Under the pieces are notes generated by a model. The model made no database searches and had not been told where the DNA came from. It was given only the letters and a program-made list of their open reading frames with translations. Positions 1-9,112 of a stretch of DNA of 14,979 nucleotides are shown in pieces; within the stretch, counting starts at the first letter, position 1, and each line of letters begins with the position of its first letter. This DNA comes from Methanomicrobiales archaeon. GTDB lineage: Archaea > Halobacteriota > Methanomicrobia > Methanomicrobiales > Methanospirillaceae. Location: assembly GCA_037137755.1 (NCBI GenBank), contig JBAXJR010000053.1, positions 1 to 14,979 on the forward strand, read 5' to 3'. Position numbers and translations under genes: made by a program.

Positions 1-795
1 GTAGAGGTCTACATGGGTGAGGAAGACATCGCACGGCAGAGGCTGAACGTGTTCCGGATGGAATTGATGGGGGCGAAGGTTATCCCTGTCCGTACCGGGT
101 CCAGGACCTTAAAAGACGCGGTAAACGAAGCCCTGCGTGACTGGGTCGGGAATGCCGCCGATACACATTACCTGATCGGGTCCGTGGTCGGCCCACACCC
201 GTTCCCAATGATTGTCCGGGAATTTCAGACAGTTATCGGCCGTGAAGTAAGAAAGCAGTCAATGAATGCTGAAGGGCGGCTCCCGGATCAGCTGATCGCC
301 TGTGTCGGGGGCGGGTCGAATGCGATCGGGTTATTTCACCCGTTCATCCGGGACAATGCTGCCATGACCGGGGCTGAAGCCGGGGGTCATGGTCTTTTGA
401 GCGGTGAACACGGAGCAACACTCTGCGGGGGCAGTCCGGGTGTTCTTCACGGGGCATTTTCCTACCTCCTGCAGGATGAAAACGGCCAGATCCAGGAGAC
501 CCACAGCATATCTGCAGGCCTTGATTACCCGGGAGTCGGTCCTGAACACAGCATGTTAAAGGATACCGGGAGGGTGCACTACATGGCGGTGAATGATGAC
601 GAAGCCCTTTCAGCGTTCCGCTATCTCCCCCGTAGGGAAGGGATCATTCCGGCAATGGAGTCTGCCCACGCGATCGCTGCTGCGATAAGGATGAAAGATG
701 AATTCTCCCGTGATGATATCGTGGTTATCAACCTGTCTGGTCGTGGAGACAAGGATGTCGCCGGGGTGGCAGCGATTCAGGGGGGTGTCCGGTGA
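1..795 (+). CDS. trpB: Tryptophan synthase beta chain, 5'-truncated by the window edge
   Basis: The frame is open from base 1 (VEVYMG...). TrpB motifs are present: [44 protein letters not shown] and NLSGRGDKD. The stop overlaps the trpA start (GTGA). Confidence 0.97.
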   Translation, partial: VEVYMGEEDIARQRLNVFRMELMGAKVIPVRTGSRTLKDAVNEALRDWVGNAADTHYLIGSVVGPHPFPMIVREFQTVIGREVRKQSMNAEGRLPDQLIACVGGGSNAIGLFHPFIRDNAAMTGAEAGGHGLLSGEHGATLCGGSPGVLHGAFSYLLQDENGQIQETHSISAGLDYPGVGPEHSMLKDTGRVHYMAVNDDEALSAFRYLPRREGIIPAMESAHAIAAAIRMKDEFSRDDIVVINLSGRGDKDVAGVAAIQGGVR

Positions 796-1598
796 GTCGT
801 ATCGGGGAGGCCTTTACGTCCGCCGGAAGGCCTCTGTTCATCGCGTTTATCGTGGCAGGTGACCCGGACTTTGAAAGATCAGTTGCCGCAGCAAGGGTCC
901 TGATTGAAGGTGGGGCGGATATTATCGAGTTAGGGGTCCCGTTTTCTGATCCTGTGGCAGACGGACCAACGATACAGAGGGCTGATGTCAGGGCACTTGA
1001 TGCAGGAGCCACTCCTGAAATGGTGTTTGAAATTGTCCGGCGTATCAGGCGGTTCTCAATGGTGCCGGTTGTGCTCCTTACCTATTACAATATTGTCCAT
1101 CACCGGGGAATCTCGCGGTTCTACAGGGATGCAGGGGTGGCAGGTGTCGATGGGATACTGATTGCTGACATGCCTGTTGAGGAGTCCCGGCCGGTGATGA
1201 AGGCCGCGGCAGAGACCGGTATCGACCAGGTATTTATGGTCTGCGAGACGACCTCGCCTGAAAGGCTCGGAAAGATATTGAAAAATGCACGGGGATTTCT
1301 ATACCTGGTCTCCCATATGGGTGTTACCGGTGTCTTATCCGCCCTGCCTCCCGGGGCAACGGCGTTTGTCAGGCAGGTACGGGATACAACGACTATGCCG
1401 CTCGCTGTAGGCTTCGGTGTCGCAACACCTGCCCATGCCGCAAGCCTCTATAAGGCCGGTGCGGATGCAGCCATTGCAGGGAGTGCCATCGTTGCCATTA
1501 TTGAAAAATACAGGGATGATGCGGATGGTATGGAGAAGACCCTGAAAGATTATGCAATTTCAATGCGGGCTGCAACAAAAAGGCAGGGCGGGGTGTAA
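792..1598 (+). CDS. trpA: Tryptophan synthase alpha chain
   Basis: 268 aa with [18 protein letters not shown] (catalytic Glu and Asp), LVSxxGVTG, VGFGV and GSAIV. Translationally coupled to trpB. Confidence 0.97.
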   Translation: MSRIGEAFTSAGRPLFIAFIVAGDPDFERSVAAARVLIEGGADIIELGVPFSDPVADGPTIQRADVRALDAGATPEMVFEIVRRIRRFSMVPVVLLTYYNIVHHRGISRFYRDAGVAGVDGILIADMPVEESRPVMKAAAETGIDQVFMVCETTSPERLGKILKNARGFLYLVSHMGVTGVLSALPPGATAFVRQVRDTTTMPLAVGFGVATPAHAASLYKAGADAAIAGSAIVAIIEKYRDDADGMEKTLKDYAISMRAATKRQGGV

Positions 1599-1710
1599 CT
1601 TCCTTCCTTTCCCGGATAATTCCGCGATCAAGAAATTTTCGGGACAGATGGGGTGTGGCGGGCAGGTGGGAACCACCCCTCCTGTCAACGTACTTCCTAT
1701 TCCTTTTTAA
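1599..1710 (+). terminator. Probable termination region after trpA
   Basis: A pyrimidine tract follows the stop directly (cttccttcctttc). Then come an imperfect hairpin tcccg...cggga (1610-1644), a hairpin gacag..ggggtg/cacccc..ctgtc (1643-1686) and a T-rich tract. It lies between convergent genes. Confidence 0.4.
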
Positions 1711-1786
1711 AAATATGGTGGGTTTCAGCCTGTTTTATTCTTCTGTTTTGTGCCATGCGGATTGTCAACGAAAAACCGCCTGAACC

Positions 1787-2448
1787 TTACCGTGAGACTG
1801 CAACAGAGAAGAACCATACTCCAAATATGACCAGGAACACCCCGCATAATGTGTTTATTGCACGATAACCGTTATCTGAAAGTAGTGTCCTCCCCCGGTG
1901 GATGGTGACCGATACAACGGTGTACCAGGTAATTTCGGCAATCCAGTGTCCGACTAGGAACGCTGCACCGAGAATGAGGCCCCCTTCAAGTCCGGCCAAA
2001 ATCATCGCACTACCAATGGACAATCACCAGACCCAGAAGAAAGGTTTTGCGAGGCTGGTAACTACCCCGGATAGAAATATCTGCCTGATACCCCTGGTTC
2101 TGGTGGGCCCCCCCCGGATTTCGCCATGCTGACACCTTCCGTCAGTGTTTCGGACAGGCTCATCGTACGGCTCCCCAGGACTGTCATGATTCCAAAAATT
2201 ACGAGAGCGACACCCCCGAATGCAGCGATCAGCCATGAGTACTGGCCTGCGACGGTGATGAGTTCCACAAGGATCAGGACAAAAACGACAAATTCAACAA
2301 GGCAGTGTCCCGCGGTGATAACAGGTCCCGCATACCAGCCATATTCAACTGATGCCCTTATGGTCGCAACCAGTGTAGGGCCCGGGGTTAATGCCCCGGT
2401 AAGCCTGATGGCAAACGCGACAAGCAGCATCTCCTGGAGGGTATACAC
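1787..2448 (-). pseudogene. LysE/RhtB-family exporter, disrupted by a frameshift and an internal stop
   Basis: The N-terminal part (2448 to about 2110) has the LysE signature LTGALTPGP..GW..G..ITAGH. The frame shifts at or near a G8 tract (2108-2115). The second frame gives GVVTSLAKPFFWVW*LSIGS..., with TGA at 2024-2026 where LysE normally has W (NPYFWxWW). It then continues through GHW..EITWY..RG..Y...CGVFLVIFG to the stop at 1787. The restored protein is about 220 aa. Confidence 0.85.
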
Positions 2449-2649
2449 GGAATATTCCTCTGACTATTACGTTAATGGACAACCTGGAATATCTTTTTCC
2501 CGGGACCTGATGGTCACATTTAGCCCCATAGGTCATGCAAAATCATGGTCATATAATCATAATGGCCGAGGTTTCCGGTTCTTCGCATTAACCAATTCCA
2601 GGCATAATTTCGACCTGCTGCGGCTGGATTGTCTTTGCCCCCGGCGCCG

Positions 2650-3438
2650 CTAGACTACCAGCCTTCTTTTCATGAGATTAATTGAGAGGAGGAAGAGGGC
2701 CGTGGTAACAATGACAATCCATGCCAGGTTAAAGAGCATCAAGGTAGAAAACATGGTCAGTGTGAGGCCACGACAGATACTTACCACATTGGTGAGGGGG
2801 AGGAACACGTAGGCGAAGACCTGCAGAGCTGGCGGAAGGACGGTTATCGGGAAGAATGTCCCGGAAAAGAGCAACATTGGTGTGATGAACAGGAATGAGG
2901 GGTAATTCAGGGCATCGATACTCGGAGTGACCGCGGTAAAACACATTGCAATGCATGCGAAAAGGAGTCCTCCGAGGAACGCAAAGGGGATAAGTAGCAG
3001 GGATGTGGGTAAATCCACTACGCCGAACAGGACGAGGACCGGTAGCATAAGGCTCGTGTATATCATGCTCCGTGTCGCACCCCAGAGCAGTTCCCCGGCA
3101 ATTACTTCTTCGATGGAAACCGGTGTCGCAATGATTGCATCAAAGGTTTTTCCGTAATACATCCTGACATAGGAACCATAGGTACACTCAAAAAAGGCCG
3201 AATTCATTATTGATACGGCGACAATTGCCGGTGCAATGAAGTCAATGTAGGGCACGTCCCCGATATACCCTACAAACCCGCCAAGTCCGAACCCAAGCGC
3301 AATGAGGTAAAGGAACGGTTCGATAAAGGGCGGTACAAGGTTGACCCGCCAGGTTTTTTGGAACACATCCAGGTTACGCCGCCAGACGGTCCATGCATTC
3401 CCTGTGAGTCGCGGGACTGAGAACAGATCCCAAATCAT
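2650..3438 (-). CDS. ABC-2 type exporter permease (NodJ-like)
   Basis: 262 aa with about six hydrophobic segments and the motifs W.RN, EP.LYL.ALGFGLG, Y..FIAP, GE..WGA.R and FSGTFFP. Overlaps the upstream ATPase stop (ATGA). Confidence 0.9.
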   Translation of the reverse strand: MIWDLFSVPRLTGNAWTVWRRNLDVFQKTWRVNLVPPFIEPFLYLIALGFGLGGFVGYIGDVPYIDFIAPAIVAVSIMNSAFFECTYGSYVRMYYGKTFDAIIATPVSIEEVIAGELLWGATRSMIYTSLMLPVLVLFGVVDLPTSLLLIPFAFLGGLLFACIAMCFTAVTPSIDALNYPSFLFITPMLLFSGTFFPITVLPPALQVFAYVFLPLTNVVSICRGLTLTMFSTLMLFNLAWIVIVTTALFLLSINLMKRRLVV

Positions 3439-4343
3439 TCCCTGAGTCCCCTCCCGGTCAGCTTGAGAAAGACATCCTCGAGTGTTGCCGCCCGTGTCAG
3501 GACCCTTTTTGCATCACATTTCGAGAGAAGCTGCTGGGCGACCATCCGTGGATTGTCAGTGACGACCTGGACCATGTCCCCCGCCACCTCGTATGGGATA
3601 CCTATCTCATCCAGACACGCTACTACCCCGGGTGAATGTTCAGCCTCAACAATCCCGCTTCCCACGTGATCCCTGACAAGATCTGCAGGCGACCCTTCGA
3701 CAAGAATAGTGCCATTATTCATGATTACGAGCCTGTCACAAAGCCTTTCTGCCTCCTCGAGGTAATGTGTAGTGAGGACAATAGTATTTCCCAACGACCG
3801 CAGAAGTTTCAGTTTCTCCCAGATCAGGTGCCTTGCCTGTGGATCAAGACCAATCGTCGGCTCATCGAGGATAAGGAGTTTTGGCTGGTTCACGAGTGCC
3901 CTTGCAAGGATAAGGCGCCGTTTCATCCCCCCTGATAACTTTTCGATATTGACATCCCGTTTCTCAGACAGCTGGACAAAATCAAGGAGTTTTTCCGCCC
4001 TCTCTTCTGCGATCTCCTTTGGGATCCCAAAATAGCGCGAATATACAACGAGGTTTTCATAGGTGGAGAATTCGGTATCAAGGTTGGTCTCCTGGGGGAC
4101 AACACCTATCATTGCCTTAATCTTGTGGCTGTCTGTGCCCGGGTCCATGCCGAAAACTGACAGGGAACCAGAGGTCCTCGGTGATGCGCATTGGATAATT
4201 TTCATCGTCGTGGTTTTTCCGGCTCCGTTCGGCCCCAGGAAACCGAATACCTCGCCAGGTCTGACTGCAAAGCTGATGGTATCGACTGCCGTAAACGAAT
4301 CAAACTGCTTAACAAGGTTAACCGCCTCGATTACCGGCTCCAT
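3435..4343 (-). CDS. ABC transporter ATP-binding protein (NodI/DrrA-like)
   Basis: Walker A GPNGAGKTT, signature LSGGMKRR, Walker B LLILDEPT, H-loop TTHYLEEAE and C-terminal TLEDVFLKLTGR. I place the start at ATG 4343 (MEPVIEAVNL); the 32 upstream codons in the ORF track look non-homologous. Confidence 0.93.
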   Translation of the reverse strand: MEPVIEAVNLVKQFDSFTAVDTISFAVRPGEVFGFLGPNGAGKTTTMKIIQCASPRTSGSLSVFGMDPGTDSHKIKAMIGVVPQETNLDTEFSTYENLVVYSRYFGIPKEIAEERAEKLLDFVQLSEKRDVNIEKLSGGMKRRLILARALVNQPKLLILDEPTIGLDPQARHLIWEKLKLLRSLGNTIVLTTHYLEEAERLCDRLVIMNNGTILVEGSPADLVRDHVGSGIVEAEHSPGVVACLDEIGIPYEVAGDMVQVVTDNPRMVAQQLLSKCDAKRVLTRAATLEDVFLKLTGRGLRE

Positions 4344-4457
4344 AATGCTTACAACTAGATAGGGTGTTCTCTCTACATCTCCTTTGCGGGAGGAAAAAAT
4401 AGGTTGATCCCCCGGGCTCCTTTTGGGGTGCCAGGTCACAACCCGGGCGCTGGACGC

Positions 4458-5009
4458 TTAACCCTGCTGCGATATGCGAGGTTTCAGCAGGAAGGTTGTG
4501 CTGTCCCTGACATTGATCGTGATACCTGATACCGTGACGCTATAGGTATCGACGATGAACCCGTCAGTAGGAAAAGAAAATGACCAGGAATTGGGACCGC
4601 CCGGTGTGCCTTCCATAACGGGTGCGATACCGGATACCCCGGTAAAGGACTGGCTGATGCTTTTTGGTGCCGGACCGAAGGATGATGAGACCACTTCAAT
4701 AAGCAGGGGGTCCCCGGCGGCGAGGATGGTTGTCCCCCGGAGCGTTATCGTGTCCCCTACATGGTAATCCCCAACCGGTTCAAGGAAAAAAACACCCGGA
4801 TGCGTGGTATTTACCGGGGCCTCACTACCTGGCGACGTATTGATCTGTCCAGCAGGGGCCGGTAAAGCCGGTACGGTTTCAATCACCTGTGTCACCAAAG
4901 GCCCGGATATCTGGGCTGTAATGTTTGGAGTGGATGGCACATATGAGGTACATCCAATGATCAGCACTATAAAGAGGAGAACTACGACTATGGCCAGAAC
5001 AAATTTCAT
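4458..5009 (-). CDS. Predicted lipoprotein with an Ig-like domain resembling the C-terminal domain of Methanomicrobiales S-layer glycoproteins
   Basis: MK plus a hydrophobic stretch plus a lipobox-like IIGC, then a Pro/Thr-rich linker with N-x-T sequons (NIT, NTS, NTT). The following sequence, PVGDYHVGDTITLRGTT.LAAGDPLLIEVVSSSFGP.PKS...WSF...Y.VTVS, resembles from memory a recurrent Methanomicrobiales surface-protein module. Confidence 0.7.
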   Translation of the reverse strand: MKFVLAIVVVLLFIVLIIGCTSYVPSTPNITAQISGPLVTQVIETVPALPAPAGQINTSPGSEAPVNTTHPGVFFLEPVGDYHVGDTITLRGTTILAAGDPLLIEVVSSSFGPAPKSISQSFTGVSGIAPVMEGTPGGPNSWSFSFPTDGFIVDTYSVTVSGITINVRDSTTFLLKPRISQQG

Positions 5010-5242
5010 ACCTCTCTTCTGGTCGCGGCATGGAATAAAAATGATCCGTAACCCCCGGAAGTTGGGAGGTTTATCAAGGTTTGGCCATGCGATGTGTGTC
5101 CTGTAATCATATTATAAACCCGTGGACCTGTGTGAAACCCGGTTTTCCTGTAAAACCGGAATCCCGCTGGGAACTCTGTTGAAGAGATCAGGGTTTATCA
5201 TAGTACCGGTTTTTTTACTGTACACGGAAATATTACCTACCA

Positions 5243-6721
5243 ATGTCCACCTCACGTGGTCTTTCCGGTCGTCTGATGGATATCGGACCGGTGAGGCGTC
5301 ATAGCCTGATCGCGTTCTCATCCTCAATCGGGGTGACAGTAATCGGCTTTTTTGCGACGATCTATATCGCCCATAATGCGGGTGCCGCGGCACTTGGAGG
5401 TTTTTTTCTTCTCCTCGCGTATGTGGGGGTCATCGGTCTTTTTACGGATGGTGGTGTCAGCGGTGCGGCACTTCAGCGTATTAGTGAGGGGGGCTCACAG
5501 GACGAGTATTTCTCTGCACATGCTGCCATGCGGGGGGTACTCCTTGCTGCAACCATAACCCTCCTTCTTGCCGCCCGGCCACTTTTTGTCGATCTCAACC
5601 AGTCAGGTCTTTTTCTCTGGCTGCTCGTGGCACTCGTGGTCACAACAGCGGCCGGCATTATCTCCACGGCTGTATACGGAAGCGGGAAGGTCGGTATCCT
5701 GCAGATTGCGGACCTGGCAAACAATATAGTCCGGTTCATCGTGCAGGTCATTGCGGTATACATTGGGTACTCCGTGGGGGGACTCGCTGCGGGTTTCATT
5801 GCCGGGATCATCGCCGGGATGCTCATTAATATGCAGGTCCTTTCAATGAAGATCGTGAGGTTCGGACGGCGGACTATCCTGGGCCTACTTTCTTTTTCGG
5901 GGTGGGCGTTCATCACCGGCCTGACCGGTGCCCTGCTGGGATATGCAGATACCATTCTTGTCGGATATTTCCTTTCAAATTCAGAAATTGGGATGTATAA
6001 GACGTCATTTCAACTGGCAACCATCGCACTTTTTGTGATGGTTGCCCTCCGTACTGCATTGTATCCTAAAGTCGCAGCATGGATGAAAGCAGGTGAGACC
6101 AGATCGGTAGAAACCGCCCTGTCCCGTGCCATTACCTATTCACTGGCACTCGCAGTGCCAGCTGCATGTGGTGCATGGGTCCTCGGCAGCAGTCTCCTTT
6201 ACTACCTGTACGGGGCATCGTTTGTTGCTGCCGGGCCTGCCCTGTCCCTTCTCTTTATGGTTGAGCTCGTCACCGTCTTCCTTTCACTTGAGACGATGTG
6301 CCTCGGGGCGCTTGATATGCCGAAGAGTGTTTTCCTGGTCACCGCGATTGGGGCCGCATCAACGATCCTGCTTGATATCCTGTTGATCCCATTGTACGGT
6401 ATAACAGGGGCAGCTCTTGCACTTCTCCTTGGTACCGGCATTTTTGCACTGGCAGCTCACCAGGTCCTTAAAAAACGTATACAGGTCCGCATAGAAAAAA
6501 AACCGGTGCTATCGATCGTTGTATCATCGCTGGTGATGGCTCTCTGCGTGTCAGGCTACCAGTATGTAATTCCGGATACGAATGTTTTTCTCATCGCCGG
6601 TGCTGTGGTTGTTGGAATGTTGATATATTCCCTTCTCCTGATGCGGCTTGACCGGGGCATACGGGATGAAGTGCGTGACCTGGTAACAGGAATTGGTTTC
6701 CCCTGGCCGGGCAGGTTGTAA
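5243..6721 (+). CDS. Oligosaccharide/polysaccharide flippase (Wzx/MOP superfamily)
   Basis: 492 aa with about 14 hydrophobic segments and typical motifs D.ILVGYFL...IG.Y, LYPKVA and LIPLYGITGAALA. An alternative start lies at 5276. Confidence 0.85.
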   Translation: MSTSRGLSGRLMDIGPVRRHSLIAFSSSIGVTVIGFFATIYIAHNAGAAALGGFFLLLAYVGVIGLFTDGGVSGAALQRISEGGSQDEYFSAHAAMRGVLLAATITLLLAARPLFVDLNQSGLFLWLLVALVVTTAAGIISTAVYGSGKVGILQIADLANNIVRFIVQVIAVYIGYSVGGLAAGFIAGIIAGMLINMQVLSMKIVRFGRRTILGLLSFSGWAFITGLTGALLGYADTILVGYFLSNSEIGMYKTSFQLATIALFVMVALRTALYPKVAAWMKAGETRSVETALSRAITYSLALAVPAACGAWVLGSSLLYYLYGASFVAAGPALSLLFMVELVTVFLSLETMCLGALDMPKSVFLVTAIGAASTILLDILLIPLYGITGAALALLLGTGIFALAAHQVLKKRIQVRIEKKPVLSIVVSSLVMALCVSGYQYVIPDTNVFLIAGAVVVGMLIYSLLLMRLDRGIRDEVRDLVTGIGFPWPGRL

Positions 6722-6817
6722 ATGCAATTATTTTTTAGGTTTATGGTAATGAATAACGACCCGCCTGCTTATCCGTTATCAGGCAAAAATTAGTCCAGCG
6801 TGCTGAAGGGTAACAAC

Positions 6818-8017
6818 ATGGATCGACTTTCAAACGACCGGAAGATATTGTTCTTCCTGTTCCTGCTCGGTTTCTTCGCAATTTTTTCAACAACCCTCTC
6901 CAAAAGTCCGGTACTGCCGCTTTTTGCACAGGCCTTATGGTCTGGTGACGCAACCCTTGGGATGATCTCGGCCGTATCCCCGTTTGCAGGGATTTTATTT
7001 TCATTTCCTGTCGGGGTTCTCTCTGATAAACTCGGGAAAAGGCGGCTCCTGATCGTGTCCGGTGCAGTGTTTGTCATTGCACCACTCCTGTACCTTTTCA
7101 TCAGTGACCCGCTGATGCTTATCCCTGTACGGTTCTTCCACGGGCTTGGGACCGCGATCCTTGGTCCTGTTGCTGCAGCATTACTGGTCGATCGGTTCCC
7201 GGGAAGGAAAGGGGAAGTCCTTGGGCAGTATTCCGCGGCAACACTGGTGGGACGGTCACTGGCACCTCTCACCGGCGGGGTCATTATTTCCTATTTTGCC
7301 GCGGCCCCGGGTCTTATTAGTTACCAGGTCGTTTACGTTGTGGCCTTTCTTTTTGCAATACCTGCCTTCGCAATTACACTCCTGTATTCTGAAAATGATC
7401 CCCATGACATAGCGTTCACGCAGTTTAAGGAGTTTACCAGGAGTTTTGGGGCATTTTTTGGTGACCGGGTACTCCGAGCCACGGCTTTTGTAGAAATGGC
7501 GACATATTTCTCATTTGGTGCTTTCGAAACATTTTTCCCGGTTTTCCTGTTTGACCGGGGGTTTGCCGCCTTTGAAATCGGGATGATCTTCTCGGTCCAG
7601 GTTGTATTGATGGCTGTCACAAAACCGCTGTTTGGCCGTGTCGCAGACCGGGTGGACAAGCGGCTCCAGATAATCGTTGGCCTGTTCCTGATTGGATCTT
7701 CAGTGGCATTCATACCGTATTTCTCCAGCCTCCCTGTTTTCCTCCTGATCAGCATCACTGCGGGTCTTGGATTATCTCTCTCAACGGTTGCAACCGGGGC
7801 GTACGTTGGTGAGATTGCTGCAAAAAAGGAGATCGGTGCATCGATGGGTGCACTTTCATCGACGATGGATATCGGGCATTCTCTCGGGCCCCTGATCACC
7901 GGGCTCATCATCGGTTACACGCTGAGCTACAAGGCGGGTTTTATGGTGGGATTTGCACTGACCCTGGTCACCGCTGTGTTTTTTATGTGGTCCGTGATAA
8001 AAACAGGGACAGAATAG
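6818..8017 (+). CDS. Major facilitator superfamily transporter
   Basis: About 12 TM segments. MFS motif A appears in both halves (GVLSDKLGKRR and GRVADRVDKR), with R..HGLG in TM4. ATG 6818 is preferred over GTG 6800. Confidence 0.92.
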   Translation: MDRLSNDRKILFFLFLLGFFAIFSTTLSKSPVLPLFAQALWSGDATLGMISAVSPFAGILFSFPVGVLSDKLGKRRLLIVSGAVFVIAPLLYLFISDPLMLIPVRFFHGLGTAILGPVAAALLVDRFPGRKGEVLGQYSAATLVGRSLAPLTGGVIISYFAAAPGLISYQVVYVVAFLFAIPAFAITLLYSENDPHDIAFTQFKEFTRSFGAFFGDRVLRATAFVEMATYFSFGAFETFFPVFLFDRGFAAFEIGMIFSVQVVLMAVTKPLFGRVADRVDKRLQIIVGLFLIGSSVAFIPYFSSLPVFLLISITAGLGLSLSTVATGAYVGEIAAKKEIGASMGALSSTMDIGHSLGPLITGLIIGYTLSYKAGFMVGFALTLVTAVFFMWSVIKTGTE

Positions 8018-8125
8018 ATCACGAGGCAATAACGGTTCAGGCTGGAACACAGTATATGCCTTTTTCAGCTATCCATCGCGGACAATCCCCCGGAATGCCC
8101 CGGCCACGGGTAAAATCCTGTTTTA

Positions 8126-8491
8126 TTAATTTCGCCGGTAACCCTCATTGATCATCCCGGTAAGCCAGCGGTCAAGATAGGTGACCAGCTCGTTCTTAAT
8201 GGTGAGGTTTACCGATCCTGGATCAGGGTATACGACTTTCCTGCATTTCTGGTCCTGGTACGTGAGTGGTTCGGCTAATTTTCTCTCATGGTCAACCCTG
8301 ATCTCCATATCAGGGTCTGGGACCATAATGCCATCCACTACCCTGTTCCTGGCAATTGCATAGCGGTCAGGTGCAAGCCGGTCGATGTAAAGTGGTGTGA
8401 GCGGGTCGTTTTTAATGACATCATACTCGCTCACCGAGAGTACCCCTATTACCTCCAGCTTGTGGTAGATCGCACGATACACTTCAGTCAT
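8126..8491 (-). CDS. DUF1249/DUF6908-like protein (121 aa)
   Basis: PDPDMEIRVDHERKLAEPLTYQ...VYP...KNEL..YLDRWL....GY matches the DUF1249-type core as I recall it. I place the start at ATG 8491 (MTEVYRAIY), with TTATATA about 25 nt upstream. The 86 codons upstream in the ORF track look spurious. Confidence 0.7.
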   Translation of the reverse strand: MTEVYRAIYHKLEVIGVLSVSEYDVIKNDPLTPLYIDRLAPDRYAIARNRVVDGIMVPDPDMEIRVDHERKLAEPLTYQDQKCRKVVYPDPGSVNLTIKNELVTYLDRWLTGMINEGYRRN

Positions 8492-8513
8492 TTCAGGTTC
8501 AAGTCCTTGTGTG

Positions 8514-8523
8514 GTTATATAAT
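8514..8523 (-). promoter_or_regulatory. TATA box for the DUF1249-like gene
   Basis: The minus strand reads ATTATATAAC, about 25-30 nt upstream of ATG 8491. That is the archaeal spacing for a leaderless or short-leader transcript. Confidence 0.5.
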
Positions 8524-9112
8524 CTGATCCAGGGGGATGATCATAAATGTTATCCTTCCTGCTACCCGCTGGTGGCACTCGTAACCTTAATATCCCCCCT
8601 GCATAATCCATTCTCTCGGGGTGGGTAGGTATGGATTGAGCTGATCTCCGGCAATCCCCTGGAACGGCACCGGAAGGTGGACTACAATGGTAATGGAAGA
8701 AAAAATGATATAACATTTGATGTACTGCCCGACAGTACTGCTCTTTCACCCGTGTGCAGATACGACAAGCGGGATCACCAGGCAGGTCAGCAGGAGCATC
8801 GGTGCAATGCTGTGCAGGGCGGCAGCGGCATATAATGCCTGCTTTGCCCTCCGGATTGCGCCGATACTTTTTCCGATGACCTGTGCCTTGTATTTTTTTG
8901 AAACATTCATATCTTTCACCTGTATGGAACCAATGATTCGGGGACCTCTTGTTGAGATGCCCTTCATCACCGGTCCTCGTGTATTGGGTGATTACCCGGC
9001 CCGGATATAATGGGATGATGCCACTAGTAGGTCAATACACCCTGGTTTGTTGTACAGAGAACCTTTTGTTCCACTGATCTAACCTGTGCTGTAATTGATT
9101 GTCAGGATGAGG

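Noticed and set aside
2024-2026. In-frame TGA as Trp or selenocysteine recoding (also TGA 8746-8748)
   Set aside because: TGA is used as a normal stop by trpB, the ABC ATPase and several ech genes, often in ATGA/GTGA overlaps. The LysE gene also has an independent frameshift, and the position is a Trp, not a Cys.
3435-4439. Longer N-termini given by the ORF track for the ABC ATPase (also echC from 14537 and the DUF1249-like gene from 8749)
   Set aside because: The extensions are low-quality sequence outside the recognisable domains. Downstream ATGs fit gene overlaps and TATA spacing better.
8629-8720. + strand peptide WIELISGNPLERHRKVDYNGNGRKND, resembling a dockerin/EF-hand DxNGNG motif
   Set aside because: It is preceded directly by an in-frame TAG with no convincing start or RBS, and the match is only about seven residues. 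Likely chance.
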